A stretch of 64,000 bases of DNA from Macrostomum lignano (Eukaryota). Both the position numbers and the translations under genes were made by a program. Location: the NCBI GenBank assembly GCA_002269645.1, contig NIVC01000769.1, positions 62,001 through 126,000 on the forward strand, written 5' to 3'. The notes beneath the pieces were generated by a model. The model did no database searches, was not told the DNA's origin, and saw only the letters and a list, made by a program, of their open reading frames with translations. Shown here one piece after another: positions 12,366 to 23,785 of this stretch (position 1 is the stretch's first letter; each line of letters begins with the position of its first letter).

Positions 12366-13010
12366 AGCCAGGCAAATCTGCTCGAGACAACTTTGGTAGA
12401 TTTTTTCCTGAAATCAGTCACACTGATATAGAATAGATAGACACAAACCATTTTTTGTATAGTGGAAGAGAAAATTGCAATGCACAAGCCACCACAGTGC
12501 TTTATACAAGTACACAGTTCTGCTCACCTCATTAGCAGCTTTCAGCTGGCTCCCTGTCAAGTCTCCCGCAGCCTCGACACTTGTCACCATCTCGGGCAGT
12601 GAGACCTGCTGTCGCAACAGCAAGTCAACTATGGCGCTGGTCAACGCTGGTCTCAGAAGATGGTCGGCCGAGCTTCGGCTAAACAGCATGCAGTAAATTA
12701 TCTCAAAGCAGCGCTGCGTGTGCTTGGGACCAGTGATGCCACCTTGCTCTCGATCACTGACACAGGCCGTCAGGTCGAGTTTCCTGTCCTGAGGGATCGT
12801 AGAACTGGTTGAGTCTCCGCTAATTTCGGCTATGACGACACCGCTGGACGAATTCGCCGCCGCCTCGAAGATCTTCCGGGCGTCAGTCGAGCCGGTCGAG
12901 CTTTGAGATCGAAGTCTACGGAACCGCCTGGGCCCCTCGGTCTTGCAATGAATTCCGTCATGGCGTTTCCCACCTTTCAGCTTGTCGCGTATTGCCCTCA
13001 CGAAGTCCAT
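12366..13010 (-). CDS. Probable 5' exons of the repeat-protein gene (13010..12528; optional 42-bp exon 12407..12366)
   Basis: ATG at 13010 (MDFVRAIRDKLKGGKRH...), open GC-rich frame to a phase-0 donor GAG|gtgagc (12527); acceptor tgatttcag| then EKIYQSCLEQICLA|gtaatt; compatible with the phase-0 acceptor aaccag| at 11804 (VYNVESLEKR). Linkage to the downstream exons is inferred from phase only. Confidence 0.5.
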
Positions 13011-13815
13011 GTAGTCATGGGGCAAAATGAGGTCACCTCGCAAAATTGATAGTGTAACTTGGTGGCTTCCTCGTGTGCGCCTTGTCTTTGACTAGCTATG
13101 ATATTTGTAATGCGATATTCATGCATGCAATACTATTGGGGACTGGGCAATTCGCGGCTTACAAAATCTAGAAATGGAGACTTTACCATAGATTAGCATA
13201 TTCTTGAATTTGAACAAGTGCGTAAATAGCATAGCACAACCAGTTGCAAAACTGTGCATGGTCATCAACTTCAAAAACAACCTAAAGCATAATGACGATA
13301 TTTTTGTATTTTATATGCGAGCGTAACGATAAAAATAATACACTGGCGGAATAGGAGAGAGATAGTGGAGAGAGAAAGGAGAGATAGTCACGTTTTTGGA
13401 AACGAAAGCTTAGTTTGACTATAGTTTGGCAGGGGTGACTTGATAGTAATGGTACGGTGTGACAATCAATAGTATTGCAGGTTAATTGGGCAAATGGGAC
13501 TTATAAATATATGTATATTTTTAAGCCCAAATCTTACATAATTACAATCAATAAAACTGCTGTTGAAGATCTATTAGTCGTTTTAATTGCCTTCCTAATA
13601 GTTAACGCCGAGTCTTCTTTAGCATATGACAGAGTTTTCTTCTGTAAGAAAGAAAATATCAATTAAAACACGTTGACTCGGTGAACTCTCTGTAAAAAAA
13701 ATGTAGCAAACAGGTCTTTGCAACTATTATGCTAAACTATTTTCTTGGTCCCCCCCCCCACATGACTGCAACTTATATACAATGTATATTCATATCTGAT
13801 TTGATTTTGCTGAGT

Positions 13816-14076
13816 ACGTTAATAACTTTTGTCATTTTCAAACAATGTTGACAAATTTTTAATACAACGTTGCCACAAGTATAGCATTATATTTGCAGAA
13901 TTTACGCACGCAAGCACACACTCACACACACACATACAAAAGAGGAGGTCCGAAGTCGAATGTGAAAAAAGCAAGCTGCAGGCATGCACCGCATTCACTA
14001 TGATTTGTGTGTGTGAGTGAGTGCTGGTGTTAATATTTTGTCAACATTGGTTGCAAAGGACAAAAGTTATTGACGT
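13816..14076. mobile_element. Palindromic MITE/foldback element between divergent genes
   Basis: acgttaataacttttgtc..caatgttgacaaa (13816-13855) is inverted to ttttgtcaacattg..gacaaaagttattgacgt (14036-14076); internal (CA)n and (TG)n tracts are also inverted. Confidence 0.6.
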
Positions 14077-14430
14077 TTTACTTTAAATCAGGTGCATTAC
14101 GTGGGCCATCCTGTACTCCATTGATTCGTACAATTTGCCGTCAACGATAAAAAACACTAAGTTATAACAAAATAGTTGTTGTATATTTACTAGTACGAAT
14201 TAAATAATTTCTGGTGTTTAATAATTAAAGCGTCAAATAAATATATAAATCAGAAATAGATGATTTTGTATCTGCTACTATGGCAACCACACAAGCTGAC
14301 AGCTGCATTTTTTCAGTTTAGTACACAAACGCTGATTACTGAGGAATTCAGTTAGAGATTTAGATATTGTGATTGTTTTGGAACTCACCGTCCTTGTTAT
14401 TAAATCAAATCAGTCATCTTGATCTCGTCT

Positions 14431-17400
14431 ATGGCGACATACACTAGCGCAGAAGTCGATGGACTTCCAAGTATTCACCGGCCTAAGCCAAGAGAAGTTT
14501 GGAAATTCGATGATGAAGCCGGTGATTCAGCAACAAAAGCTCGTCAAATGTATGAGGTAAATAATTAAGCCTGTGTAACAATAACAAACCATTAAGATTT
14601 CAATAATTTCATAATTTAAACGCGATTAAAGCTACGATATTTAATTGCGTGACTCGTCTATACACGATCGATATTTTTTATTTTAGTAAGGCATCGCATA
14701 TTTAACAAGCAAACTTTTCAGTATCTAGAGCCTAGACAAGTAATTTTTTTAAAAAATAATAAAACGTAAATTATGAAATTCTAGTAATTCTTGAAGTTTC
14801 CTATCAAAATAAAATTGACATGTCATAAGTGCTCATAATATTTCATAAATATAGCAAAAAATAATTACTGCACCAGACTTTACACATGTCAATCCTGTAA
14901 AAAGTAGAAAAGGATTTACTTATATCTGCCACAGGATTTTTCACAACACAATACTGAATTTGTTGTCTTAGCACGTCTATCTTTTATGCATGTAATTTTG
15001 AAAAATCATATTGTATTGTTTTTAGAACATTTTTTCTACTCATTTCACTGTCTGAGTTATAAAGTGTAATCAAGGAAATTTTTATTTAATAAAGTATACA
15101 TCGCAAGAATATGAGTTTATAAACATTAAAAAATTCAAAGATTATTCATCAGAAGCTATAGAGTTGTGTTAGACTGTTAGGCATATTCATACAATTTTTC
15201 TATTTAAAATCTTAGTTCAGCCCCATTTTGCATCAATTTTAGCTTCAAGATCAACTAAGAAGCCAAAGAGAGGAACTGAGACGACGCGATGAAGTAATTC
15301 GAGAACTGACTAAGTAAGGCTATTTATAGCGCTCTTTGTAGTACTGAATTGAACATACTGTAATTAAGTTTCTTAAAATTCTTCCAGTCGCGACCCGGCA
15401 GGAGGCAGCGGCGTCTGGGCAGCATCCGCCGCCGTCAACGGCGTCGGCGCCACGTCCGCACTTCTGGAGCACGGCCACTGTGGCATCACGGCCTGCCCGT
15501 CGGCGCGCAGCGAAGTCGCCGCGCTGCGCGTCAAAGTCGACGGCCTACAGGCGAAGCTACGTGAGAAGCAGCTGGAATTGGACTCGGCGCTGGAGTCAGC
15601 GCAGCGGCACCGGGCCGAGGCTGACCGGCTTCGCGAGGACAACGCGCGCCAGCTGGCGTTGAACGCGGAGCTCTCGCGCCAGATTGACTGTTGCGAGGCG
15701 ACGCGCGGCTCTTACGAGGAAGTGAAAAGCCGCAGCGGTCAGGCCGTATTCGAATTGCAAGAGCAGCTTCGGCGAGCCCAGGATCGAACTCGCGACCTTG
15801 AGGCTAAACTGGCCGACCGGGATGTCCGAGACGCCGGACGATCGAGCGCGGAGCGCCGCCTGACGGAGTTCGCGGCCAACTTGGCCTACCATCTGGAGGT
15901 CAGCGAGTCGGCCAGTCTGGACACCCTCATCAACCGGGCCTCGAGTCTGGCTCAGGTGAGTACTTGGTGTACTTTTAATAAAGGATATTTTCAGTTGAAG
16001 TGGTGAAATGAACTCGCGGCTCGAGCAAGATCGGCCAATAAAAACTTGCATATTCATAAGCAATTCATAAATTCATAATGTTGCATTAAAAATCTATATT
16101 TGAGTGTTTATTTCGTTAAGTACTGCATTAGCATCAGATCAATATCAAATATAGGTATTATAATTTCTGATCGAACAGTGCAAGTTCGAAGAAGATCGGT
16201 TGAGCCGTTTTTTCTCTAATCGATCACATAGATAGATCGTCACACACAGACAAAGCATTTTTATAGTATATGGGATCTTTTGTACTACGAAAAATAAAGA
16301 CCTTGTTGTCCCAACAACCAAGATCGAGGCATTTGAAAAAATTTCGCTTTGAATTGGTAGTTCTACTAGTAAGTAGTCAGCAAAAGATTGAAACTCTCAT
16401 CCCAATGTTTTTCTCGAATTGTAAGGAGGCGGCGACTCTCCGCGCCCGGTCGCGCAGCCAGGAGGAGCAGCTGGCGGCTCACGAGGCGGAGGCGCGGGCC
16501 AACCGGGAGACAATTCAGCGCCTGCTGGCGGAGGTGAACCGCGAGCACCGGCTGCGGCCGCCTATCAGACGCACCAGTCGGAGTTCCGCACGGGCACTGA
16601 GAAGCTCACAGCTGAACGAGACGATCTGGCCAGACAAGTTGAGCTGCTGGAGGCCCGGCTGGAGTCCAACAGGCGGGTGCTGGAAGCCACCAAGGCTGAG
16701 CTGGCGGAGAAGGACAGCCACGTGGCGAAGGTGAGCCTGCGGGTCCCTGTGTGCAATAGCCTCCCTGCCAGTAGCTTGTTGGTCGCGGTTAGTACAGTAT
16801 AGTTTACTTGGGATATTCACGGATGCAGTTTTGGGACACAAAAATATGCAAAATTTTACTCCCTAGAGATGTTAGCTCAGCCGTCTTCCCTGTCTCTGCC
16901 TTTCTAGGTATTTGAAGCTTTAATAGAATAATCGAAATCGAAATCTATCGAAAATAGAAAAAGAATAATCGTACGAGTTATTCATTCGATTCAATTGCAA
17001 TACTAGTTTCTAAGAATTTGACTCCTGATCAATACGCGCCGTCTCTTACTTGAAGATGAATTTTAATTTTTAGTTAAAAATGATTTTGTGTGTAATTTAA
17101 ATATTTGTGGTGTTTTTTAAGTTACCGCAGCAATATTACAGTATATATTGTAGGACTAGCAAAATTTGTGATTTTATCATCAGGATAGAGGCTAAAGTTT
17201 TGATTTTGTGCCAGCAAAAAGCAGAAAGTTATTAACTTCGATTCTATTTTCTAAGCAATGAATTGTCAATGCAGAGCTTGGGCGCAGAGCAGCTCAGCAT
17301 GGTAAACGCCTCTGGTTTGATTCCATGCGCAAACACATTCATTTGGCAGCATGGGGAATCTTCAAGGCACAGAGAGTACATGTCTGACGATAAAATTGCC

Positions 17401-19765
17401 TCATCGTTGGTTGTTGGGCGATATGTCGCCGAAGGTGTTGCGCCAGGTTGGCCATAGCCCTCCTGTGCGAATTTCCAATGCGCATTTTGCCCCATTGCAG
17501 GTCGATTCGACAAGTCGGGAGCTGCAGCGCCGAGCAGAGGACAGTGAGCAGCAGCTGGCCTCCCTGCTCCAGTCCTTGGCTTCAACGCTGAGCACGCAAT
17601 TCAGTCACGTGACAGCTACGGAGGAGGCTGTCAAAGAGCGCGTGTGCGCCCTCTGCCGCGACTACAAGGAGCTGTCGGAAGCGTCTGCGGCTCACGAGGA
17701 GCGGTCACGAAACGCAGCCAAGCAGCTGGAGGCTCAGGTCAGCAACAGTCGCGAGCGGGAGGCCCAGGCAAGGCGGGCCGAAGTTGAACTGCGCGACATG
17801 CACGAGCGGCTGCGGGCGATGGAGAGCGAGCTGGCGGCTGGTGATGTTGTGAGGGACGGCCTGGCCGCTGACAGGCAGAAATTCTACAAGTACATGCAGC
17901 AGCTGGCCGAGGCGATGAAGATGGATCAGGTGAGGCTGGTTGGATAGTTTTATTGATTCCTCGTGGCCTTTTTATGCAACTTTTACGAGCCCAATTCAAG
18001 CCAATATTTTCTGTTCTGGATAAACAAGTCATTTAATTGTTTCTCGGTAAATGACTCATGAGAAGTGCCCCTACTAATGCTTGGTTAAACAGCCTATTTT
18101 ATCCATGTGAAGTCAACTTGGTACCTAAACAGTAGCAAAATCAATATAACGAATCCTCGAAATACTCGGGAATTATTCTTTAGATATTGAAACACGATGC
18201 AATTAAATATTTTAATATATTCAGCTTTCAAATGCGCAAATTGCAAACACGCGAAGGAAGCCGTTTCTATTCGATCTTAGATCCATCTACCAGCTTTTTC
18301 TAGATAGTAATCTTCTTGAATCTACGAAAACATGATTTAGTAATTAATTGTCTGTGTGTTTTTATTATCTATGGTGGAAACCCGTCCTCTGGCAGGTCGG
18401 CGCCGACATCGGCTTCGACATGTTGGGCGACGCACTGCTGGCCAGGGCCAGCAGCTGGCCCGACTGTCCGATGACGCCGCCCACGACAAGGCTAGTACAG
18501 TGTACAGTCTGCAGAGGAAAGTCAAAGCGCTCAAAGAGCAGCTGGAGTCGCGCGATCTGCACATGGATTTGTTGCGCAAGAAAATCGGCCAGCTGGAGGA
18601 GCGCGCAGCCGGCCGGGTGGAGGTCGAGCGCGAGCGGGACAATGAAAACGGCCGCGTCCGGCGGCTGCAGAAGCAGCTGGAGAAGTCGCAGGCGCAGCTG
18701 GAGCAGGCCAGGGCAGAGATTGTCAGCCTGAAAGCGCAGCTACTCGAATGCAGCAATTTGAAGTTGGCCGCTCTTGAGCAGGACCGCGAGCTGGCGGCCC
18801 TGGAGAACACCATGGAGAAGCTGGAGCAGGTGCGCCAGAAGCAGGCTAAGAAAATCTCTCTATTAAAATCCGAAGTCGAAACGCGTCAACGCGAGTTGGG
18901 CGACAAAAGTACCGCAGCCGAGGGCGCGTTAAGCAACTTGAGCAGCGAGCTGCGCACCACAAAATCGGCGCTTGAGGAGGCCAGACGGCGCGAACACCAA
19001 CTGCTGGACCTGCGCGGGTGGTCGGCCGCATGCTGGGCCTGGACGTGGAGTCTCTGGCCGTGCCCGACTACGAAATTGTCAACCGGCTGGAGCGGCTCAT
19101 TCAGGTGAGATTATTTCTATTATTTCTATTGGTAAACAGGCCTGACTCTCAAGCCAAAGTACCCAGGCCCGCTTTATGGACAACTGAAGTACAAGGACGC
19201 CACATTCGATTTTCTAAGAAATGATCCGGAGTTCAGTAAGGAACGCATATTTGTCGTATCGCTGGTGCATCTAGTGTGCTCTGGAGAACGCATAGCCCTG
19301 AATGGGGTTTTGCCATAGACAAATTCGAAAAGTGTGCTGAAACTTTGCAATTGAGAAAATGGTATAAAATCCACCTGGAGGCGTCCCCTTATAATAATAG
19401 TTTTTTGCGATCTCCAGGCCCACCAGAGCAACGTGTACACAGCAGTGTCAGCCAACGAAGCGATGCAGGACATGCAGGCCAGCTTCTTGGATGGCTACAC
19501 TGACGCTCAGCGGCACCAGCTGAGCCTAACGGCCGCGTCAAAGCAGGAGCCAAAGCGTCCGCCCTGTCCGATGTGCCGCATGAGCCGCTGCTCCTGTCGG
19601 CGGCCCCTCGAAGCGTCTGGTGGCGGCGTCGTTGGCGGTGTAGGAGGTCGGCTAAGCGGCCGGAGCAGCCGGAGCGGATGCCGTGGCGGCGTCGGGGGCG
19701 GAGGAGCCTCCAAGGCGCGCACCAGGAGCGTATCGCCGACTGGAAGGGACAGCCGAAAGTACTGA
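14431..19765 (+). CDS. CCDC170: Coiled-coil domain-containing protein 170, about 850 aa; exons 14431-14556, 15243-15313, 15388-15955, 16426-16730, 17501-17929, 18396-19104, 19418-19765
   Basis: GT-AG boundaries with matching phases. Motifs match remembered CCDC170 sequence: ARSEVAALRVK, HEAEARANRETIQRLLAEVNRE, MESELAAGDVVRDGL..KFYKYMQQLAEAMKMDQV, DIGFDM, LQRKVK..LESRDLHMDLLRKKI, MLGLDVESLAVPDYEIVNRLERL. Three apparent 1-bp deletions (about 16550, 18449, 19017). Confidence 0.88.
17281..17459 (+). mobile_element. Dispersed repeat, probable second tRNA-derived SINE family, copy in CCDC170 intron 4
   Basis: A-box-like agctcagcatgg and B-box-like ggtttgattcc, then caaggcacagagagtacatgtctgacgat..aattgcctcatcgttggttg..gatatgtcgccgaaggtgttgcgccaggttggcc, homologous to the reverse complement of 41393-41592. 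Confidence 0.55.
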
Positions 19766-19968
19766 GTTTATTTTCGAAATGCGAACATCGCTTTTCTTGT
19801 GAAATGATTTTCGATGCAAAACAGCAGCTTGTAAGTGCTTCTGTAGGTTAATTTAGGCTTGGGGTTTTGGAATCGCTTTTAAAGTTTTCGGAATTACGAG
19901 CTAAATATTTTAATAAAGCGTCAACAATAACTACGCAGTTTAAATTGTAATTTTGAGAACAAAATATC

Positions 19969-20178
19969 TGTACGGCAGTGTAGTTTCATGAAACACTCTG
20001 ATCGAGTTCCGATATTAATATGATGTACTTCAATACCCAGCTAAATACTTTGTTATTTTTACATTTATTTACTTTATTTATTTATTTAAATATTGTACGG
20101 CAGTGTAGTTTCATGAAACACTCTGATCGAGTTCCGATATTAATATGATGTACTTCAATACCCAGCTAAATACTTTGT
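19969..20178. repeat. 85-bp exact direct repeat, two copies separated by a 40-bp AT-rich spacer
   Basis: tgtacggcagtgtagtttcatgaaacactctgatcgagttccgatattaatatgatgtacttcaatacccagctaaatactttgt at 19969-20053 and 20094-20178. Confidence 0.9.
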
Positions 20179-21418
20179 GACTACCAGATTCTACTTGGGT
20201 TTTCAAATCCGTTTGAAAATTTGTTTGTGCGATACCGTTTGGCAATCGCAGCCCAGGCCCTTTTTTTACGTAACCAATAAATTTATCTACTCTCCACTGA
20301 TTCGGGATCTTGAACTGTGCCGAATCCTATAGCTGCACGACCTCTTCCACCTGTGCTATAATCCTGATCATGTTAGTTGCTTGCTTGCTCGAATATCCCC
20401 CTTTCTAAGTTTTCCCCACTCTAATTGCTGCTTTCTTCTATTTATAGTTTTGCGGATTAATACTATTCTAATTTCTTGAGTTTTGTACACAACTCGACTT
20501 GCAAGCAAAATTCTGCTGTGATGATGAATTTGCGGCAAGCAATTTCGCGTTGATTTTGGTGTTGCAACATTTTCTTATGCACTTCCTTGCAAAAATTTCA
20601 ATCATTTTTTCGCGTTGATTCGCGCACTCCAATTTAAACTCCTACATGTACCTGAACTGATGTCTACGAGTATATAGGGAGCTACCAAATCTATAATAGT
20701 TGCAACTTCTTCCCGTAACGTTGCACTCCATGGAAAGTGCATCGCAAATATGAGGTTTATATATAGCTATATGTGGGGGATTTTGTATCCCACTCTTGTG
20801 CATTCAAATATATACTATCTATCTTTTGTGTAGATCTTTATATATTTATTTAATTTCTATCTTACATAGTATTGCTTCGATTTGTTTCATTTGTTTAGCC
20901 TGCGAAGTTGTTTTGGATTGTCACTGTTTGCTTTATTCAAGATTTGCTGTGTGATCAAAATAGACAATGTACATCATCGTACTCGTACCAGTGATGTTAC
21001 TTATGGACGACTCTACTAAAGTCGTCCAAGTACGTCTATACAAGAACCCTTTTTATTTTTTTAACAGTTATTAATAAAGATTCGATTGGTTTGCACCTCG
21101 ATCCCGCGCAGTACAATGTTTCTTGCGCGAAAAGCAAATTAGGACGTCTGTATAATTTAAATAAGTGTTGAAAACTACGTGTCTGCAGAATTGCTTTTGC
21201 TGTCTTTTCTATTGGCATCGATCTTCATAAAAGCTTGCTGCATGTATTTTATGCAATCGATAAATCGATTCAACGCGCCTACTGCAGTGTATGAGAATTT
21301 TAGCGATTTCATCAAGTTATGTCTATGGCCTAAATGTTCCTAGGGTTTTAAGGATCAGTTTGCAACTATGTTTGAGCAGCGAACCTTTTCTAATCAGCTA
21401 CCACTCAATTTTTTGGCC

Positions 21419-22569
21419 ATGGCTGAATTATTTTCATAGCAAGACATTCGAAGCTTGATGAAGTTTCAGTTTCTGCAAGGAAAAAACCGCCGGATATGTT
21501 TAGGGAGCTTCAGCAGGTGCTTCGCAACTGTGCACCAACTGAGCAGACAGTTCGAAAATGGTACCGGCTGTTCGCTGAGGGAAGAGAGAGCGTTGAGGAC
21601 AATGATCGCTCTGGAAGGCCAATGACTGCAACCAACGAGACTGCTGTGAAGAAAGTGCAAGAGCTCCTGGATGATGATCGGCGACGGACTTGCGAAGAGT
21701 TGGCAGAAGACGTTGGTGGGTCAGTAGGAAGCGTCCACACCATTCTGACTGAGCGTCTTCACCTGCCGAAAAAGTTCTGCAAGTGGGTGCCACACCTGCT
21801 GACAGGTGAGCAAAAGATGCAGCAAACTCTGGCTTCTACCTGCGTCGGTTCCATCGAGAAGGGGAGGATTTTCTATCGAGAATTGTTGCGAGAGACGAGC
21901 CGTGGGTTTACAACTGGGATCCTGAGACAAAGGCCCAGTCTGCCGAATGGCTTCCAGCACATTCTCCAAGACCTCAGAAGGCCATCAGGAAGCAGGGTGC
22001 GCTGAAGATCATGCACGTCATGTTTTTTGATTCCCAAGAAATCCTGCTGAACTCGGCAGTCCCACAAGGAGCCACCGTCAGCGGAGACTACTACAAGTGG
22101 ATTATGCAGGAGAAGTTGCGCCCAGAAATACGAAAGGCGCCCTGGTCTGCTGGAATCTGGCGTGATTCTGCTGCACGACAATGCGCGAGCACATTGCGAG
22201 CACAACGTCGTGGAACTCCTAAGCAAATGGAGCTGGGAAGTGCTCCAACATGCACCCTATTCGTCTGATTTGTCGCTGTGCGACTTTTTCTTATTTCGAT
22301 CTGTGAAGAGGCACCTTTGGGGCATTCGATTTGACAGCGTCGAGCACATCGAAGCTACTTGCAATCAAGCTGTTCGCCAAACGAACGCGAGGTGGTGTGA
22401 GTTCCGGAATCAGAGGTCTGGTACATCGCTGGTAGAAGTGCAAAGACGTTGGTGGTAAATATTTCAAGTGACAGAATCATGTTAAACAATCTAACAGTGC
22501 TTTCATAGTTCCAGTTGTTTTGTGTTCAGTTTTGTAGGGCACCGAAAAGAAATTTTTGAATACACCTCG
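21419..22569 (+). mobile_element. Decayed mariner (Tc1/mariner, DD34D) transposase relic
   Basis: HTH region (FRELQQV..TVRKWYRLFAEGRESVEDNDRSGRP), WVPHLL motif, DEPWVY, HDNA-x-PYSSDLSLCDFFLF with 34 residues between the two Asp; in-frame stop and several frameshifts; probable right TIR ..aaatttttgaatacacctcg (about 22550-22569). Left TIR not clearly found. Confidence 0.9.
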
Positions 22570-23042
22570 AATTTTGTCAACATTTTGTCAACCGCATATA
22601 CATGTAATTTCGTCGACCGGAATTTCGTCAACCGGTATTTCGTCAACCGGAATTTCGTCAACCGTATCAAAGCTCAGTATTTGAAATGCTCAAAGTACAG
22701 GTACATGTATCGCAACTGTATTGCAGGTAAGGTAAAACATTTCTTGTTGCAGCTGTTGCAGCGTAGTGGATCGAGTCCGCGTCCTCAACCGTCCTTTGAC
22801 GACCTTTTAAGGGAATCTCGGAGCTCGCCGCCGCCCCGAGGACCTATCGTATCTACAAAATTTACTTCCAAAGAGTGCACGTTTTAAATAAATTTGAGAT
22901 GATCATTTATACATTGTATATATACAATTACCACACGTCCCAATATTGGCTGGGTACAGCTATAAATTTTCCGAGTTGTCCTACTGTCTGGCTGACAACT
23001 TGCCGGTTGACGAAATGCCGAATGGCGAAACGTCCTGGAACC
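22570..23042. repeat. 15-bp subterminal-type repeats with an inverted partner, probable non-autonomous DNA transposon remnant
   Basis: aatttcgtcaaccgg-type units x4 at about 22606-22665 plus degenerate ttttgtcaac copies; inverted copy cggttgacgaaat at 23004-23016. Confidence 0.5.
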
Positions 23043-23785
23043 GATCCAGCTCGTCACTGTTACATGTGTACCTGCTGTGGCGGCCAAGACTAGGTGTACG
23101 GCTGAGAGCGGGGCCCGCATGTACACAGCCCCCTGCATATCATGCCTGGCTGCTGGGGAGTTTTGCTAGCCAGTTTGCTCTGACTCACACCTCCCTATAC
23201 TTGTTAAGTGTAAATGACTATGCTTAAACAAATATACGCGAAATCTTTTAGCTCGCTTGCTGCTTTTCAAGCTCCCACTCGCAAGCCGCTTTTACTGCTC
23301 AGATAACACGTTAAACTCTGGGATTAGAACTTGGACTTACAAGTTAGAACCTAAAAAATTAATATAGAACTTACAATACAACCCAGAAAATCTGTAGTAA
23401 TGCTGCCGATGCCTGATGAATGATTTTAGCATTTACAATACCATGATTTCTTTGGAGTCGTAAAATAAAAAAAGTATTGCATTTTGCCCAATAAGAATTA
23501 AAACGTCCTAATTTTTTAAAAATGAATCAAAATTGTTTTTAAAAGCTTTTTTCGAAGTAGGCATGATAAAAGAAACTAAGTGGTTATTTTTTTGTTTCAG
23601 TACAAAGCATGCTTTCGTGGAAAAATGATGATGCAACATCAGTCGCGGGTAACAGTAAATATTATGATCCAAGGCATTTTTTAAGGTCTCTAATTGGTTT
23701 CGTTGACCTATTTTTTTCGTAGAACTAGAATCTACCCAAGAATTTTCTCTGAATAAATATATACACATCTGAACAATAAGCAAGA

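Noticed and set aside
16540-19020. Programmed ribosomal frameshifting or pseudogene status for CCDC170 (and the aquaporin)
   Set aside because: No slippery heptamers, no in-frame stops, intact splice sites; all lesions are 1-bp homopolymer shortenings, best explained as sequence error.
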